From Escherichia phage vB_EcoM_G9062: DNA of 64,000 bases. This document shows positions 12,158 to 22,295 of this stretch, piece after piece (position 1 is the stretch's first letter; the number at the start of each line of letters is the position of its first letter). A program made the position numbers and the translations under genes. Under the pieces are notes generated by a model, which saw nothing but the letters and a program-made list of their open reading frames with translations, made no database searches and was not told the DNA's origin. The stretch lies in sequence record NC_054920.1, one strand, 5' to 3'.

Positions 12158-13576
12158 TTATGGATAGGTATAGATGATACCAGTTTCTAAAGCAGTTTTA
12201 TGAATGATGTATCCATTACGCGATTCTTGAACATCAACTTCTGGATAGTCTTTCATCATCTTCTGAAGAGTGTAACGATGTAGGTAATATTTACTATCTG
12301 GGTCGTCAGTTTTCCAATCTTTACCTTCTTCGGTCATTTTTTGGATTTCATCCATAACCCACCAACCGCACCAGATATAAGCTGAAGTACGATGTGGAAG
12401 AGGATGAACATAAGGTAGTTCACCTTCTGGTTCTGGAGCAACTTTATCAGTTACCTGAACTTGACCTTCTGCTGTAATAGTTTTGCTATCGTAATCAGTT
12501 GCAGTAACGACAGCAGTAACTTCAATAGTTTGACTTCCAACAGATGAGGTATCGACAGTATATACGTTAGTTGACCCTTCTACAGGAGAAGAATCTTTCT
12601 TCCATGAGTAAGTAATTTGTGCTTCTTCTGGAGCACCCGTAACATTAGCCGTAAATGTAGCCGAAGCATCTTGCTGAACATTAATAGAAGGAGGAGTCAA
12701 TGTAACCTGTGGATTCATTGTCTTCTTATTAACTGTCAATGATACTTCATTAGAAGTAACTTCCTTTTCATTGTAATTTTCAGCAGTTACTTGGGCTACG
12801 CATTTAATTCTTTTTACTCCACTTGTAGTTGGAGTATAGCTAAATGTAGAGTTAGTTTCTCCACCAACTTGTGAATCATCTACATACCACTGATACGTAG
12901 CAGACGCTCCATCAGGTTGAGAAGCTAAGGCAGCAGTAAATTGAACTGGGGTTCCGATTACTCCCGCTGGAGGACTATCAGGAGTTACTGCCAAAGTAGT
13001 TGTCTGCGTCTTTTTATTAACAGTTAGTGACACTTCATTGGAAGTAACTTCCTTTGTATCATAATCTGTCGCGGTTACTTGAGCTACGCACTTAATTGTT
13101 TTAACTCCGCTTGCGTCAGGAGTGTAATTGAATGTAGTGCTAGTTGCTTCGCCCACAGGAGAACCGTCAACGTACCATTGATACGTAGCGTTTGCACCTG
13201 ATGGCTGTGAAGCTAAGGCAGCGGTAAATTCAATTGGAGTTCCAATCACTCCAGCATCAGGGCTACCAGGAGTTACTGCCAAAGTAGTTGTTTGTGTCTT
13301 ATTTTGAACTGTGATAGTTGTACTAATTTCAGCTGTTTCAGGTTCAGATTCTGCAACTTGATTGGTTGCAACTACTTTAATAGTCTTTTGACCGGCAGGT
13401 CCTTTTAGTACATAACTAAAAGTTGCTGACGTTTCTTCCTGTGGAGCGTCGTCTACAGTCCAAGCATATGTAATAGTTCCGCCTCCAGTTTCACCACTGG
13501 GTGTAGCAGTAAACTGCTTAGTTTCATCAATAACCCCTGTCGGTGTTTTAGGAGTTATATCAACTGTAAAAGTCAT
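12158..13576 (-). CDS. hoc: highly immunogenic outer capsid protein Hoc, with four Ig-like domains
   Basis: 472 aa; N-terminal Ig-like domains and C-terminal capsid-binding region as in T4 Hoc (376 aa as recalled); two adjacent ~96-aa domains are ~80% identical. Confidence 0.85.
   Translation of the reverse strand: MTFTVDITPKTPTGVIDETKQFTATPSGETGGGTITYAWTVDDAPQEETSATFSYVLKGPAGQKTIKVVATNQVAESEPETAEISTTITVQNKTQTTTLAVTPGSPDAGVIGTPIEFTAALASQPSGANATYQWYVDGSPVGEATSTTFNYTPDASGVKTIKCVAQVTATDYDTKEVTSNEVSLTVNKKTQTTTLAVTPDSPPAGVIGTPVQFTAALASQPDGASATYQWYVDDSQVGGETNSTFSYTPTTSGVKRIKCVAQVTAENYNEKEVTSNEVSLTVNKKTMNPQVTLTPPSINVQQDASATFTANVTGAPEEAQITYSWKKDSSPVEGSTNVYTVDTSSVGSQTIEVTAVVTATDYDSKTITAEGQVQVTDKVAPEPEGELPYVHPLPHRTSAYIWCGWWVMDEIQKMTEEGKDWKTDDPDSKYYLHRYTLQKMMKDYPEVDVQESRNGYIIHKTALETGIIYTYP
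12722..13009 (-). repeat. Hoc Ig-domain tandem repeat, copy B (residues ~190-285)
   Basis: TQTTTLAVTPDSPPAGVIGTP...EVSLTVNKK, about 80% aa identity to copy A. Confidence 0.8.
13010..13300 (-). repeat. Hoc Ig-domain tandem repeat, copy A (residues ~93-189)
   Basis: KTQTTTLAVTPGSPDAGVIGTP...EVSLTVNKK, repeated directly downstream. Confidence 0.8.
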
Positions 13577-13585
13577 AAGTTATCC

Positions 13586-14266
13586 TTATTTTAATGTTAC
13601 GAAAGAAGAGTTGCGTGTTTCACGAATTAGAACTGATCCGTCACGGTTAATGTAATAAATTAAGCTAAATAAAGTTTGGTGTGCTGACGCATGTTCAAAA
13701 CTAGTTGGGTGAGATTTCCAATCAGGAGTTTCAGCAATCCATTGATAAATCCACCAAGGAACAGTACAGAATCCTGGATTTTTTCCAATCAACTGAAGAT
13801 TCGGGCTAAAGTTTTCCGGAAGAGTAAATACAGACGGCTTTTCAGATTCAATAATCTCAGCTACAGCCTGTTCAAATTTTTCTTCAACAAATGGAGTATC
13901 TTCAATCAAAACATCGGTATTTTCAGGAATTTTATCTGTTTCTACTACTTCAATTTTAATGTCAGATTTAACCGGAGAATCAATCAAAAGTGCTGCTTCT
14001 GGATTGACTTCTTCATCGTCATATTTTAACCCCTCTGCAGCATCAGCAGCATCAATTAAGTCTTTAATAGATAACCCATCAGTCTCCGGCATAGGTTCAC
14101 TAGCGAGCTTCTGGAGAGCTTCTTCAATATCATTAACGATATTATCAAAAGATTTATTCTTTTTGACCTTTATACCAAACTGTTCAGCATATTCAGCTAA
14201 TTTAGCTTTAGCTTCTTTATTATCATCAAGAGCCTTCAGCTCTGCAATATAATCTTTATCTATCAT
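13586..14266 (-). CDS. inh: inhibitor of prohead protease gp21 (Inh)
   Basis: 226 aa, same length and position (next to hoc) as T4 Inh. Confidence 0.85.
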   Translation of the reverse strand: MIDKDYIAELKALDDNKEAKAKLAEYAEQFGIKVKKNKSFDNIVNDIEEALQKLASEPMPETDGLSIKDLIDAADAAEGLKYDDEEVNPEAALLIDSPVKSDIKIEVVETDKIPENTDVLIEDTPFVEEKFEQAVAEIIESEKPSVFTLPENFSPNLQLIGKNPGFCTVPWWIYQWIAETPDWKSHPTSFEHASAHQTLFSLIYYINRDGSVLIRETRNSSFVTLK

Positions 14267-14279
14267 AATATTTCCTCAG

Positions 14280-14287
14280 TATAAATA
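14280..14287 (+). promoter_or_regulatory. late promoter TATAAATA upstream of uvsW
   Basis: Exact TATAAATA 30 nt upstream of the ATG. Confidence 0.65.
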
Positions 14288-14316
14288 TAGATATATTTAT
14301 TACATGGTATTTAGAC

Positions 14317-15828
14317 ATGACTGACATTAAAGTACATTTTTATGATTTTAGTCACGTGAGAATTGATTGCGAAGAAAGTACATTTCATGAACTCCGTGAT
14401 TTCTTTAGCTTTGAAGCTGATGGGTATCGTTTTAATCCGAAGTACAAATATGGCCACTGGGATGGACGAATTCGTCTTTTAGATTATAATCGCCTTCTTC
14501 CATTCGGTTTAGTCGGGCAAATTAAAAAGTTCTGCGATAACTTTGGCTATAAAGCCTGGATTGACCCACAGATTAACGAAAAAGAAGAATTATCAAGAAA
14601 AGATTTTGATGAATGGCTTTCTAAATTAGAAATCTATTCAGGAAATAAAAGAATTGAACCGCATTGGTATCAAAAAGATGCAGTGTTCGAAGGATTAGTT
14701 AATCGTCGTAGAATTCTTAATCTTCCAACATCCGCTGGTAAATCGTTAATTCAAGCTTTGCTTGCGCGATATTATTTGGAAAATTATGAAGGTAAAATTC
14801 TTATCATTGTTCCAACAACTGCTCTAACAACTCAGATGGCTGATGACTTCGTTGACTATCGTTTATTCAGTCATGCAATGATAAAGAAAATTGGTGGCGG
14901 AGCATCAAAAGATGATAAATATAAAAATGATGCACCAGTCGTTGTTGGTACATGGCAAACTGTAGTAAAACAACCGAAAGAATGGTTCTCACAGTTTGGA
15001 ATGATGATGAATGATGAATGCCATCTTGCTACAGGAAAAAGTATTTCATCTATCATATCAGGTTTAAATAACTGCATGTTCAAATTTGGTCTATCTGGTT
15101 CATTACGTGATGGCAAAGCCAATATCATGCAGTATGTTGGAATGTTTGGTGAAATATTTAAGCCAGTAACGACTTCTAAGTTAATGGAAGATGGACAAGT
15201 AACTGAGCTAAAAATTAATAGTATTTTTCTTCGCTATCCCGATGAGTTCACTACTAAATTAAAGGGAAAAACTTATCAAGAAGAAATAAAAATTATTACG
15301 GGGCTTAGTAAAAGAAATAAATGGATCGCTAAATTGGCTATTAAGCTTGCACAAAAAGATGAAAACGCTTTTGTCATGTTTAAACATGTATCACATGGTA
15401 AAGCTATTTTCGATTTAATTAAAAATGAATACGATAAAGTTTATTACGTATCAGGGGAAGTTGATACCGAAACCCGCAATATAATGAAAACCTTAGCTGA
15501 AAATGGTAAAGGAATAATTATAGTAGCTAGTTATGGTGTATTTTCTACTGGTATTTCAGTTAAAAATCTGCATCACGTTGTTTTAGCGCACGGTGTTAAA
15601 TCAAAAATCATTGTATTACAAACAATCGGTCGTGTATTACGTAAGCATGGTTCTAAAACAATCGCAACAGTCTGGGACCTCATAGATGACTGTGGTGTCA
15701 AGCCAAAATCTGCTAATACTAAAAAGAAATATGTTCACTTGAACTATCTTTTAAAACACGGCATTGATCGTATTCAGCGCTACGCAGATGAAAAATTTAA
15801 TTACGTAATGAAAACAGTTAATTTATAA
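14317..15828 (+). CDS. uvsW: UvsW RNA-DNA and DNA helicase
   Basis: 503 aa, SF2 helicase motifs (PTSAGKS Walker A, DECH box), matches T4 UvsW. It follows inh directly with no segE-like ORF between. Confidence 0.93.
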   Translation: MTDIKVHFYDFSHVRIDCEESTFHELRDFFSFEADGYRFNPKYKYGHWDGRIRLLDYNRLLPFGLVGQIKKFCDNFGYKAWIDPQINEKEELSRKDFDEWLSKLEIYSGNKRIEPHWYQKDAVFEGLVNRRRILNLPTSAGKSLIQALLARYYLENYEGKILIIVPTTALTTQMADDFVDYRLFSHAMIKKIGGGASKDDKYKNDAPVVVGTWQTVVKQPKEWFSQFGMMMNDECHLATGKSISSIISGLNNCMFKFGLSGSLRDGKANIMQYVGMFGEIFKPVTTSKLMEDGQVTELKINSIFLRYPDEFTTKLKGKTYQEEIKIITGLSKRNKWIAKLAIKLAQKDENAFVMFKHVSHGKAIFDLIKNEYDKVYYVSGEVDTETRNIMKTLAENGKGIIIVASYGVFSTGISVKNLHHVVLAHGVKSKIIVLQTIGRVLRKHGSKTIATVWDLIDDCGVKPKSANTKKKYVHLNYLLKHGIDRIQRYADEKFNYVMKTVNL

Positions 15829-15840
15829 GGGCTTCGGCCC
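15829..15840 (+). terminator. hairpin GGGC-ttcg-GCCC between uvsW and uvsW.1
   Basis: Short GC stem with UUCG loop followed by TTT; may be an attenuator or RNA structure rather than a full terminator. Confidence 0.4.
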
Positions 15841-15853
15841 TTTGGAGAAAAAG

Positions 15854-16084
15854 ATGTTACTAGAATTTAAACAATTTCTTTATGAAGCTTCTATTGATGA
15901 ATTTATGGGTAAAATTGCCTCTTGTCAAACATTAGAAGGTTTAGAAGAACTTGAAGCTTATTATAAGAAAAGAGTTAAAGAAACTGAATTAAAAGATACT
16001 GATGACATCTCAGTCAGAGATGCTTTGGCAGGAAAAAGAGCTGAATTAGAAGATTCAGACGATGAAGTAGAAGAAAGCTTTTAA
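15854..16084 (+). CDS. uvsW.1: UvsW.1 small helicase-associated protein
   Basis: 76 aa from the ATG at 15854 (track starts at an upstream TTG); RBS GGAG; acidic C-terminus as T4 UvsW.1. Confidence 0.8.
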   Translation: MLLEFKQFLYEASIDEFMGKIASCQTLEGLEELEAYYKKRVKETELKDTDDISVRDALAGKRAELEDSDDEVEESF

Positions 16085-16139
16085 ATTAAAAAAGGCCCAA
16101 CCAAAAAGGAAGGGCCAAAACTATAGACTAAAGGTCACA

Positions 16140-16307
16140 CTATAGCAAAAGTTGCGTTTCATTTAATTGTTCTTCCGAACTTTCTGAAACTGGTAGTTCT
16201 TTAATGTAATTATAGCAAGGCCCAGGATGTACAGGACCTTTGTCTGTTTCAACAACCAATGCAGAATCGATTGGAGTTTTACAGACAACACAAATCTTAT
16301 CTGACAT
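16140..16307 (-). CDS. small Cys-containing protein (55 aa), not in the ORF track
   Basis: ATG preceded by strong RBS GAGGAG; translation MSDKICVVCKTPIDSALVVETDKGPVHPGPCYNYIKELPVSESSEEQLNETQLLL; CxxC...C pattern. Confidence 0.6.
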   Translation of the reverse strand: MSDKICVVCKTPIDSALVVETDKGPVHPGPCYNYIKELPVSESSEEQLNETQLLL

Positions 16308-16335
16308 GATTGTCTCCTCTGAATTATATATCTAT

Positions 16336-16560
16336 TTATACAACTCTCATATGCATATCAATGCCCATATCTTTAGAATAAAAATATTCATCAAGATATC
16401 CGGCAAATTTTCCTTTAATATAAAGAACATCTTCACCGCACGGGTGGTCGGCCAGGATACGAATATCCTGACGCTTAAGATTATGCTTTTTCATTAAGAA
16501 TTGAATTTCCGTTTCAAATTCTTCTTCATAATTAAAAGCATCATCAATGTTATATCTCAT
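16336..16560 (-). CDS. hypothetical protein downstream of uvsY
   Basis: 74-aa ORF whose ATG overlaps the uvsY stop. Confidence 0.6.
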   Translation of the reverse strand: MRYNIDDAFNYEEEFETEIQFLMKKHNLKRQDIRILADHPCGEDVLYIKGKFAGYLDEYFYSKDMGIDMHMRVV

Positions 16561-16973
16561 TATTTTCCAGCCTCAAATGCTCGCATGTCTTGAATATGCT
16601 TAATAGCAAATCCACGTGATTTAATAGCATCAAGAGCTCCGCTACAGAAATCTAATAAAATCCCCCAATACTGTAACGAGGTATCAACCTTTAAAACATC
16701 CTTATCAGCTGATAGAACTGTCTTCATTTCTGATTTCTCGTAACGATCCATACTAAATTCATCACCATCTCCTCGTCCCGAGTAGTAGTCTAATTTAGCT
16801 TTAAGAGCAACTTTTTTCTGTGCTTCAATTCTAAGCATTTCCTTTTTAATACTTGAATGCTTATTAAGCCATTTACTATATAACATCACATTATTAGCTG
16901 CTTCATACTGTAATTTAGTCGAATCTATAAACACATCTTTCTTCAATTCTTCTTGAAGATCTTCTAATCTCAT
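16560..16973 (-). CDS. uvsY: UvsY recombination mediator protein
   Basis: 137 aa, matches T4 UvsY. Confidence 0.93.
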   Translation of the reverse strand: MRLEDLQEELKKDVFIDSTKLQYEAANNVMLYSKWLNKHSSIKKEMLRIEAQKKVALKAKLDYYSGRGDGDEFSMDRYEKSEMKTVLSADKDVLKVDTSLQYWGILLDFCSGALDAIKSRGFAIKHIQDMRAFEAGK

Positions 16974-17013
16974 ATTGTTCTCTATTCAATTGTTATTGGA
17001 TGGACTTAGATTC

Positions 17014-17040
17014 ATTATACCACGTTTATACGTGAAGCAT
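17014..17040 (-). promoter_or_regulatory. candidate MotA-dependent middle promoter for uvsY
   Basis: Minus strand reads aTGCTTCA-N13-TATAAT (MotA box plus -10) upstream of uvsY. Confidence 0.5.
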
Positions 17041-17438
17041 TATACTCTATTACTGGAAGCCAGTTGTAGTTTTATCTGCTCAATATCATCAGGGTTATCG
17101 ATGACTGAAAAGCGTATTTCTACTATCAAAGTATAATCATCATAAACCGGTATTACATTAACTGCTAATTTATCAATACGTGGCTCATAGTTTCTTACTG
17201 CGCTTTCGATATTGCGCTCAACTGTGTCAGCAGTAAGAGGAGTCATATTTTCAAAAAGCTGGTCTGATAAATCACATCCAAATTCAGGGTCAAACGGTCT
17301 TGAACCTTTTCTTGTTGTAATAATTCCTAAAAGACTGTTTTTAATTGACCTTAATCCAAGCGATCTGGAAACATCTTTGTTCCAATCCATTTTCATTTCT
17401 GGGTCAATGTCAGAATAAAGCTTATTAATATTTGCCAT
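17040..17438 (-). CDS. 25: baseplate wedge protein gp25
   Basis: 132 aa, matches T4 gp25. Confidence 0.93.
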   Translation of the reverse strand: MANINKLYSDIDPEMKMDWNKDVSRSLGLRSIKNSLLGIITTRKGSRPFDPEFGCDLSDQLFENMTPLTADTVERNIESAVRNYEPRIDKLAVNVIPVYDDYTLIVEIRFSVIDNPDDIEQIKLQLASSNRV

Positions 17439-18064
17439 TATAGTAACTCAAAGAACTCTTTGAGGCCTCTTATTACATGAGCATGGGTTTTTCCACACTC
17501 TGGACACTTAATTGGAACAGCCAAATAAACGGTAGGTTTTAAAAGCATATCTTTTATAGCTACAATATCTGACTCTGTGATGATAGAATATAAATCTTCT
17601 AGTTCCTTTTCATTTAAGTCTTCAACTGGAATGCTTTCCCCGTTAGCATGAATCGTTTCTATGCATGATACTATCATGTGGGCTATATTTTTATCATCAA
17701 AAATTTTAGGGTATCGGAATTTAATTTTAATGTCACCCAGTGTATACCAGAGGTCTTCTGGTGCATCTATTTGTGTATGTAATAGATTTATATGGGTTGG
17801 TATTTCAGTTCCACAGGTGCACTTCCAAGAGTTTTCGTGATTAACTTCACCAAGAGAATGCGCCCATAAATGAATCAGTAATAGTTCTGATTCTTGGCGG
17901 TTTAAATCTTTTGCATTTGTACAGTCTTTGATTAGCTTTTTAACAATCTCTTCTACTGAACCATTCTTTTTAGCAGTAATAAGTTCTAGATATTCTTTAA
18001 GCGTGAATGCGCGACAATTGATTATTTTAGAACCAACTCTCACATCAAATTTGTATTCATACAT
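17438..18064 (-). CDS. 26: baseplate hub protein gp26
   Basis: 208 aa, matches T4 gp26; stop overlaps the gene 25 start (TAATG). Confidence 0.9.
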   Translation of the reverse strand: MYEYKFDVRVGSKIINCRAFTLKEYLELITAKKNGSVEEIVKKLIKDCTNAKDLNRQESELLLIHLWAHSLGEVNHENSWKCTCGTEIPTHINLLHTQIDAPEDLWYTLGDIKIKFRYPKIFDDKNIAHMIVSCIETIHANGESIPVEDLNEKELEDLYSIITESDIVAIKDMLLKPTVYLAVPIKCPECGKTHAHVIRGLKEFFELL

Positions 18065-18086
18065 ATTTTAGCTCCTTTATTTATCA

Positions 18087-18098
18087 TATTTATAAATA
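18087..18098. promoter_or_regulatory. bidirectional late promoter TATTTATAAATA between divergent genes 26 and 51
   Basis: 12-nt sequence contains TATAAATA on both strands (plus 18091-18098, minus 18087-18094). Confidence 0.6.
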
Positions 18099-18115
18099 GA
18101 ATAAAAGGAGCATCT

Positions 18116-18868
18116 ATGGCAAACATTATTCGTTGTAAATTACCAGATGGTGTTCATCGTTTTAAACCATTTACGGTAGAAGATTATCGAGATTTTTTGT
18201 TAGTTCGAAACGATATAGAGCATCGGTCACCACAAGAACAAAAAGAAATAATTACTGATTTAATTGATGATTATTTTGGAGACTATCCGAAGACTTGGCA
18301 ACCATTTATATTTTTGCAGGTATTTGTAGGGTCAATAGGTAAAACTAAAGTACCAGTCACATTTGTATGTCCAAAATGTAAAAAAGAAAAGACAGTTCCA
18401 TTTGAAATATATCAAAAAGAATTAAAGGAACCTATTTTTGATGTAGCTAATGTTAAAATTAAATTAAATTTTCCTTCTGAGTTTTATGAAAATAAAGCAA
18501 AGATGATTACTGAAAATATTCATTCTGTTCAAGTAGATGAAATGTGGTATGATTGGAAGGAAATTAGTGAATCGAGTCAAATAGAACTTGTTGACGCCAT
18601 CGAGATAGAAACATTAGAAAAAATTCTCGATGCAATGAATCCTATTAATTTAACATTGCACATGTCGTGTTGTGATAAGTACATTAAAAAATACACTGAT
18701 ATAGTAGATGTGTTTAAGCTATTAGTTAATCCAGATGAGATATTTACTTTTTATCAAATTAATCACACGCTTGTAAAAAGTAATTATAGCTTAAATTCAA
18801 TAATGAAAATGATTCCTGCCGAGCGCGGATTCGTATTAAAACTGATTGAGAAGGATAAACATCAATGA
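18116..18868 (+). CDS. 51: baseplate hub assembly protein gp51
   Basis: 250 aa, position and sequence as T4 gp51. Confidence 0.9.
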   Translation: MANIIRCKLPDGVHRFKPFTVEDYRDFLLVRNDIEHRSPQEQKEIITDLIDDYFGDYPKTWQPFIFLQVFVGSIGKTKVPVTFVCPKCKKEKTVPFEIYQKELKEPIFDVANVKIKLNFPSEFYENKAKMITENIHSVQVDEMWYDWKEISESSQIELVDAIEIETLEKILDAMNPINLTLHMSCCDKYIKKYTDIVDVFKLLVNPDEIFTFYQINHTLVKSNYSLNSIMKMIPAERGFVLKLIEKDKHQ

Positions 18869-20037
18869 GTATGTTACAACGTCCTGGATATCCAAATCTC
18901 AGCGTTAAATTATTTGAGAGTTATGACGCTTGGAGTAATAATAGATTTGTTGAATTAGCTGCTACTATTACCACATTAACTATGCGTGACTCTCTTTATG
19001 GTCGAAATGAAGGAATGCTGCAGTTTTATGATTCTAAAAATATCCACACAAAAATGGATGGAAATGAAATAATTCAAATTTCTGTAGCTAATGCAAACGA
19101 TATTAATAATGTTAAAACACGAATTTATGGATGCAAGCATTTTTCCGTGTCAGTAGATTCAAAAGGCGATAACATCATTGCTATTGAATTGGGAACTATT
19201 CATTCTATAGAAAATCTTAAATTTGGTAGACCATTTTTCCCTGATGCAGGTGAATCTATAAAAGAAATGCTTGGTGTCATTTATCAAGACCGCACATTAT
19301 TAACTCCAGCAATAAATGCTATAAATGCTTATGTTCCTGATATTCCATGGACTAGCACATTTGAAAACTATTTGTCATATGTAAGAGAAGTTGCTCTAGC
19401 GGTAGGAAGCGATAAGTTCGTATTTGTATGGCAAGACATCATGGGAGTTAACATGATGGACTATGATATGATGATAAATCAAGAACCATATCCAATGATT
19501 GTAGGTGAGCCAACTTTAATAGGTCAATTCGTCCAAGAATTGAAATATCCATTAGCATATGATTTTGTTTGGTTGACTAAATCAAACCCGCATAAACGTG
19601 ATCCAATGAAAAATGCTACTATCTATGCTCATTCATTTTTAGATTCTTCATTACCAATGATTACTACAGGAAAGGGTGAAAACTCTATTGTAGTGTCAAG
19701 GTCAGGTGCTTATTCTGAAATGACTTATAGAAATGGATATGAAGAAGCTATTCGTCTTCAGACTATGGCGCAATATGACGGCTATGCTAAATGTTCTACT
19801 GTCGGTAATTTTAACTTGACTCCTGGCGTTAAAATTATTTTTAATGATAGTAAAAACCAATTTAAAACAGAATTTTACGTTGATGAAGTTATTCACGAAT
19901 TATCAAATAATAATTCCGTAACTCATCTATATATGTTCACTAATGCAACGAAACTGGAAACAATCGACCCAGTTAAGGTTAAAAATGAATTTAAAACTGA
20001 TACTACCACTGAAGAAAGTAGTTCTTCCGATAAGTAA
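18865..20037 (+). CDS. 27: baseplate hub protein gp27
   Basis: 390 aa, matches T4 gp27. Confidence 0.93.
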   Translation: MSMLQRPGYPNLSVKLFESYDAWSNNRFVELAATITTLTMRDSLYGRNEGMLQFYDSKNIHTKMDGNEIIQISVANANDINNVKTRIYGCKHFSVSVDSKGDNIIAIELGTIHSIENLKFGRPFFPDAGESIKEMLGVIYQDRTLLTPAINAINAYVPDIPWTSTFENYLSYVREVALAVGSDKFVFVWQDIMGVNMMDYDMMINQEPYPMIVGEPTLIGQFVQELKYPLAYDFVWLTKSNPHKRDPMKNATIYAHSFLDSSLPMITTGKGENSIVVSRSGAYSEMTYRNGYEEAIRLQTMAQYDGYAKCSTVGNFNLTPGVKIIFNDSKNQFKTEFYVDEVIHELSNNNSVTHLYMFTNATKLETIDPVKVKNEFKTDTTTEESSSSDK

Positions 20038-20518
20038 TAAAGAAGTTTCTATTCCTAAGATGGGTCTTAAACATTATAACATTTTAAAAGATGTTAAAGG
20101 TCCTGATGAAAATTTAAAGCTTCTTATTGATTCTATTTGTCCAAATTTATCACCGGCAGAAGTTGATTTCGTTTCCATTCATTTATTGGAATTTAATGGA
20201 AAGATTAAATCTCGTAAAGAAATAGATGGTTATACTTATGACATTAATGATGTTTATGTGTGCCAAAGATTAGAATTTCAATACCAAGGAAATACATTTT
20301 ATTTTAGACCTCCTGGAAAATTTGAACAATTTTTAACGGTGAGCGATATGTTATCCAAATGCTTGCTTAAGGTCAATGATGAAGTTAAAGAAATTAATTT
20401 TCTTGAGATGCCAGCATTCGTTTTAAAATGGGCAAATGATATTTTTACAACTTTAGCAATTCCTGGCCCTAATGGTCCAATAACCGGAATTGGCAATATT
20501 ATTGGATTATTTGAATGA
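19985..20518 (+). CDS. 28: baseplate hub distal subunit gp28
   Basis: In-frame ATG at 19985 gives 177 aa (T4 gp28 length as recalled); overlaps the gene 27 3' end. A start at 20060 is an alternative. Confidence 0.75.
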   Translation: MNLKLILPLKKVVLPISNKEVSIPKMGLKHYNILKDVKGPDENLKLLIDSICPNLSPAEVDFVSIHLLEFNGKIKSRKEIDGYTYDINDVYVCQRLEFQYQGNTFYFRPPGKFEQFLTVSDMLSKCLLKVNDEVKEINFLEMPAFVLKWANDIFTTLAIPGPNGPITGIGNIIGLFE

Positions 20519-22287
20519 AAAAGCCACAAGAAATGCAAACGATGCGTAGAAAAGTTATTTCAGATAATAAACCAACACAGGAAGCGGCTAAATCCGCTTC
20601 TAACACTTTATCTGGACTTAACGATATATCTACGAAATTGGATGATGCTCAAGCTGCTTCTGAATTAATTGCTCAAACTGTTGAAGAAAAATCGAATGAA
20701 ATAATTGGAGCAATTGACAATGTAGAAAGCGCAGTGAGTGATACTACTGCTGGTTCTGAGTTAATTGCTGAAACTGTCGAAATTGGCAATAATATTAATA
20801 AAGAAATCGGTGAATCGCTCGGAAGTAAATTAGATAAATTAACGAGTTTACTCGAGCAAAAAATCCAGACAGCCGGAATTCAACAAACAGGAACTAGTTT
20901 AGCTACGGTTGAAAGCGCTATTCCTGTTAAAGTTGTTGAGGACGATACAGCTGAATCCGTGGGTCCTTTATTACCAGCTCCTGAAGCAGTTAATAATGAT
21001 CCTGATGCTGATTTTTTCCCTACCCCTCAGCCAGTTGAACCTAAACAAGAATCGCCAGAAGAAAAACAGAAAAAAGAAGCATTTAACTTAAAATTATCTC
21101 AAGCTTTAGATAAATTAACAAAGACTGTTGATTTTGGATTTAAGAAATCTATTTCAATTAGTGATAAAATATCAAGCATGTTATTTAAGTATACCGTTAG
21201 TGCTGCTATTGAAGCTGCTAAAATGACTGCAATGATATTGGCTGTTGTTGTTGGAATAGATCTGTTGATGGTTCACTTCAAATATTGGTCAGATAAATTT
21301 TCGCAGGCATGGGATTTGTTTAGTACAAACTTTACCAAATTCTCTAGCGAAACCGGAACGTGGGGTCCTTTATTACAGAGCATCTTTGATTCTATTGATA
21401 AAATTAAACAACTTTGGGAAGCGGGAGATTGGGGTGGATTGACAGCAGCTATTGTTGAAGGACTCGGAAGTGTTCTTTTTAATTTAGGTGAACTTATTCA
21501 ATTAGGTATGGCTAAATTATCTGCTGCAATTCTTCGAGTCATTCCTGGTATGAAGGATACTGCTGATGAAGTAGAAGGAAGAGCATTAGAAAATTTCCAA
21601 AATTCTACTGGAGCATCTCTCAATAAAGAAGACCAGGAAAAAGTTGCAAATTATCAAGATAAACGAATGAATGGAGACCTTGGTCCGATAGCAAAAGGAT
21701 TAGATAAAATTGCTAATTGGAAAACTCGTGCATCTAATTGGATTCGTGGAGTTGATAATAAAGAAGCACTAACTACTGACGAAGAGCGTGCGGCAGAAGA
21801 AGAAAAATTAAAGCAACTTTCACCTGAAGAAAGAAAAAATGCTTTAATGAAGGCTAATGAAGCCCGTGCCGCAATGATTCGCTTTGAAAAATATGCTGAT
21901 TCAGCTGATATGAGTAAAGACTCAACGGTTAAATCAGTTGAAGCTGCCTATGAAGACCTTAAAAAACGGATGGATGACCCGGATTTAAATAATTCACCGG
22001 CAGTTAAAAAAGAACTTGCTGCTAGATTTTCTAAAATTGATGCTACTTATCAAGAGCTCAAGAAAAATCAGCCTAATGCCAAACCTGAAACTTCTGCTAA
22101 ATCACCAGAAGCGAAACAAGTCCAGGTGATTGAAAAGAACAAAGCACAGCAAGCTCCTGTTCAACAAGCATCTCCTTCAATCAATAATACTAATAATGTT
22201 ATTAAGAAAAATACTGTCGTTCATAATATGACACCCGTAACGAGCACGACTGCTCCTGGTGTATTTGATGCGACTGGAGTTAATTAA
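20515..22287 (+). CDS. 29: baseplate hub and tail-length determining protein gp29
   Basis: 590 aa, matches T4 gp29. Confidence 0.93.
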   Translation: MKKPQEMQTMRRKVISDNKPTQEAAKSASNTLSGLNDISTKLDDAQAASELIAQTVEEKSNEIIGAIDNVESAVSDTTAGSELIAETVEIGNNINKEIGESLGSKLDKLTSLLEQKIQTAGIQQTGTSLATVESAIPVKVVEDDTAESVGPLLPAPEAVNNDPDADFFPTPQPVEPKQESPEEKQKKEAFNLKLSQALDKLTKTVDFGFKKSISISDKISSMLFKYTVSAAIEAAKMTAMILAVVVGIDLLMVHFKYWSDKFSQAWDLFSTNFTKFSSETGTWGPLLQSIFDSIDKIKQLWEAGDWGGLTAAIVEGLGSVLFNLGELIQLGMAKLSAAILRVIPGMKDTADEVEGRALENFQNSTGASLNKEDQEKVANYQDKRMNGDLGPIAKGLDKIANWKTRASNWIRGVDNKEALTTDEERAAEEEKLKQLSPEERKNALMKANEARAAMIRFEKYADSADMSKDSTVKSVEAAYEDLKKRMDDPDLNNSPAVKKELAARFSKIDATYQELKKNQPNAKPETSAKSPEAKQVQVIEKNKAQQAPVQQASPSINNTNNVIKKNTVVHNMTPVTSTTAPGVFDATGVN

Positions 22288-22295
22288 GGAATAAT

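Noticed and set aside
16093-16116. GGCCC...GGGCC inverted repeat after uvsW.1 as a terminator
   Set aside because: The stem is only 5 bp with a 13-nt loop and lacks a clear T-run; too weak to call.
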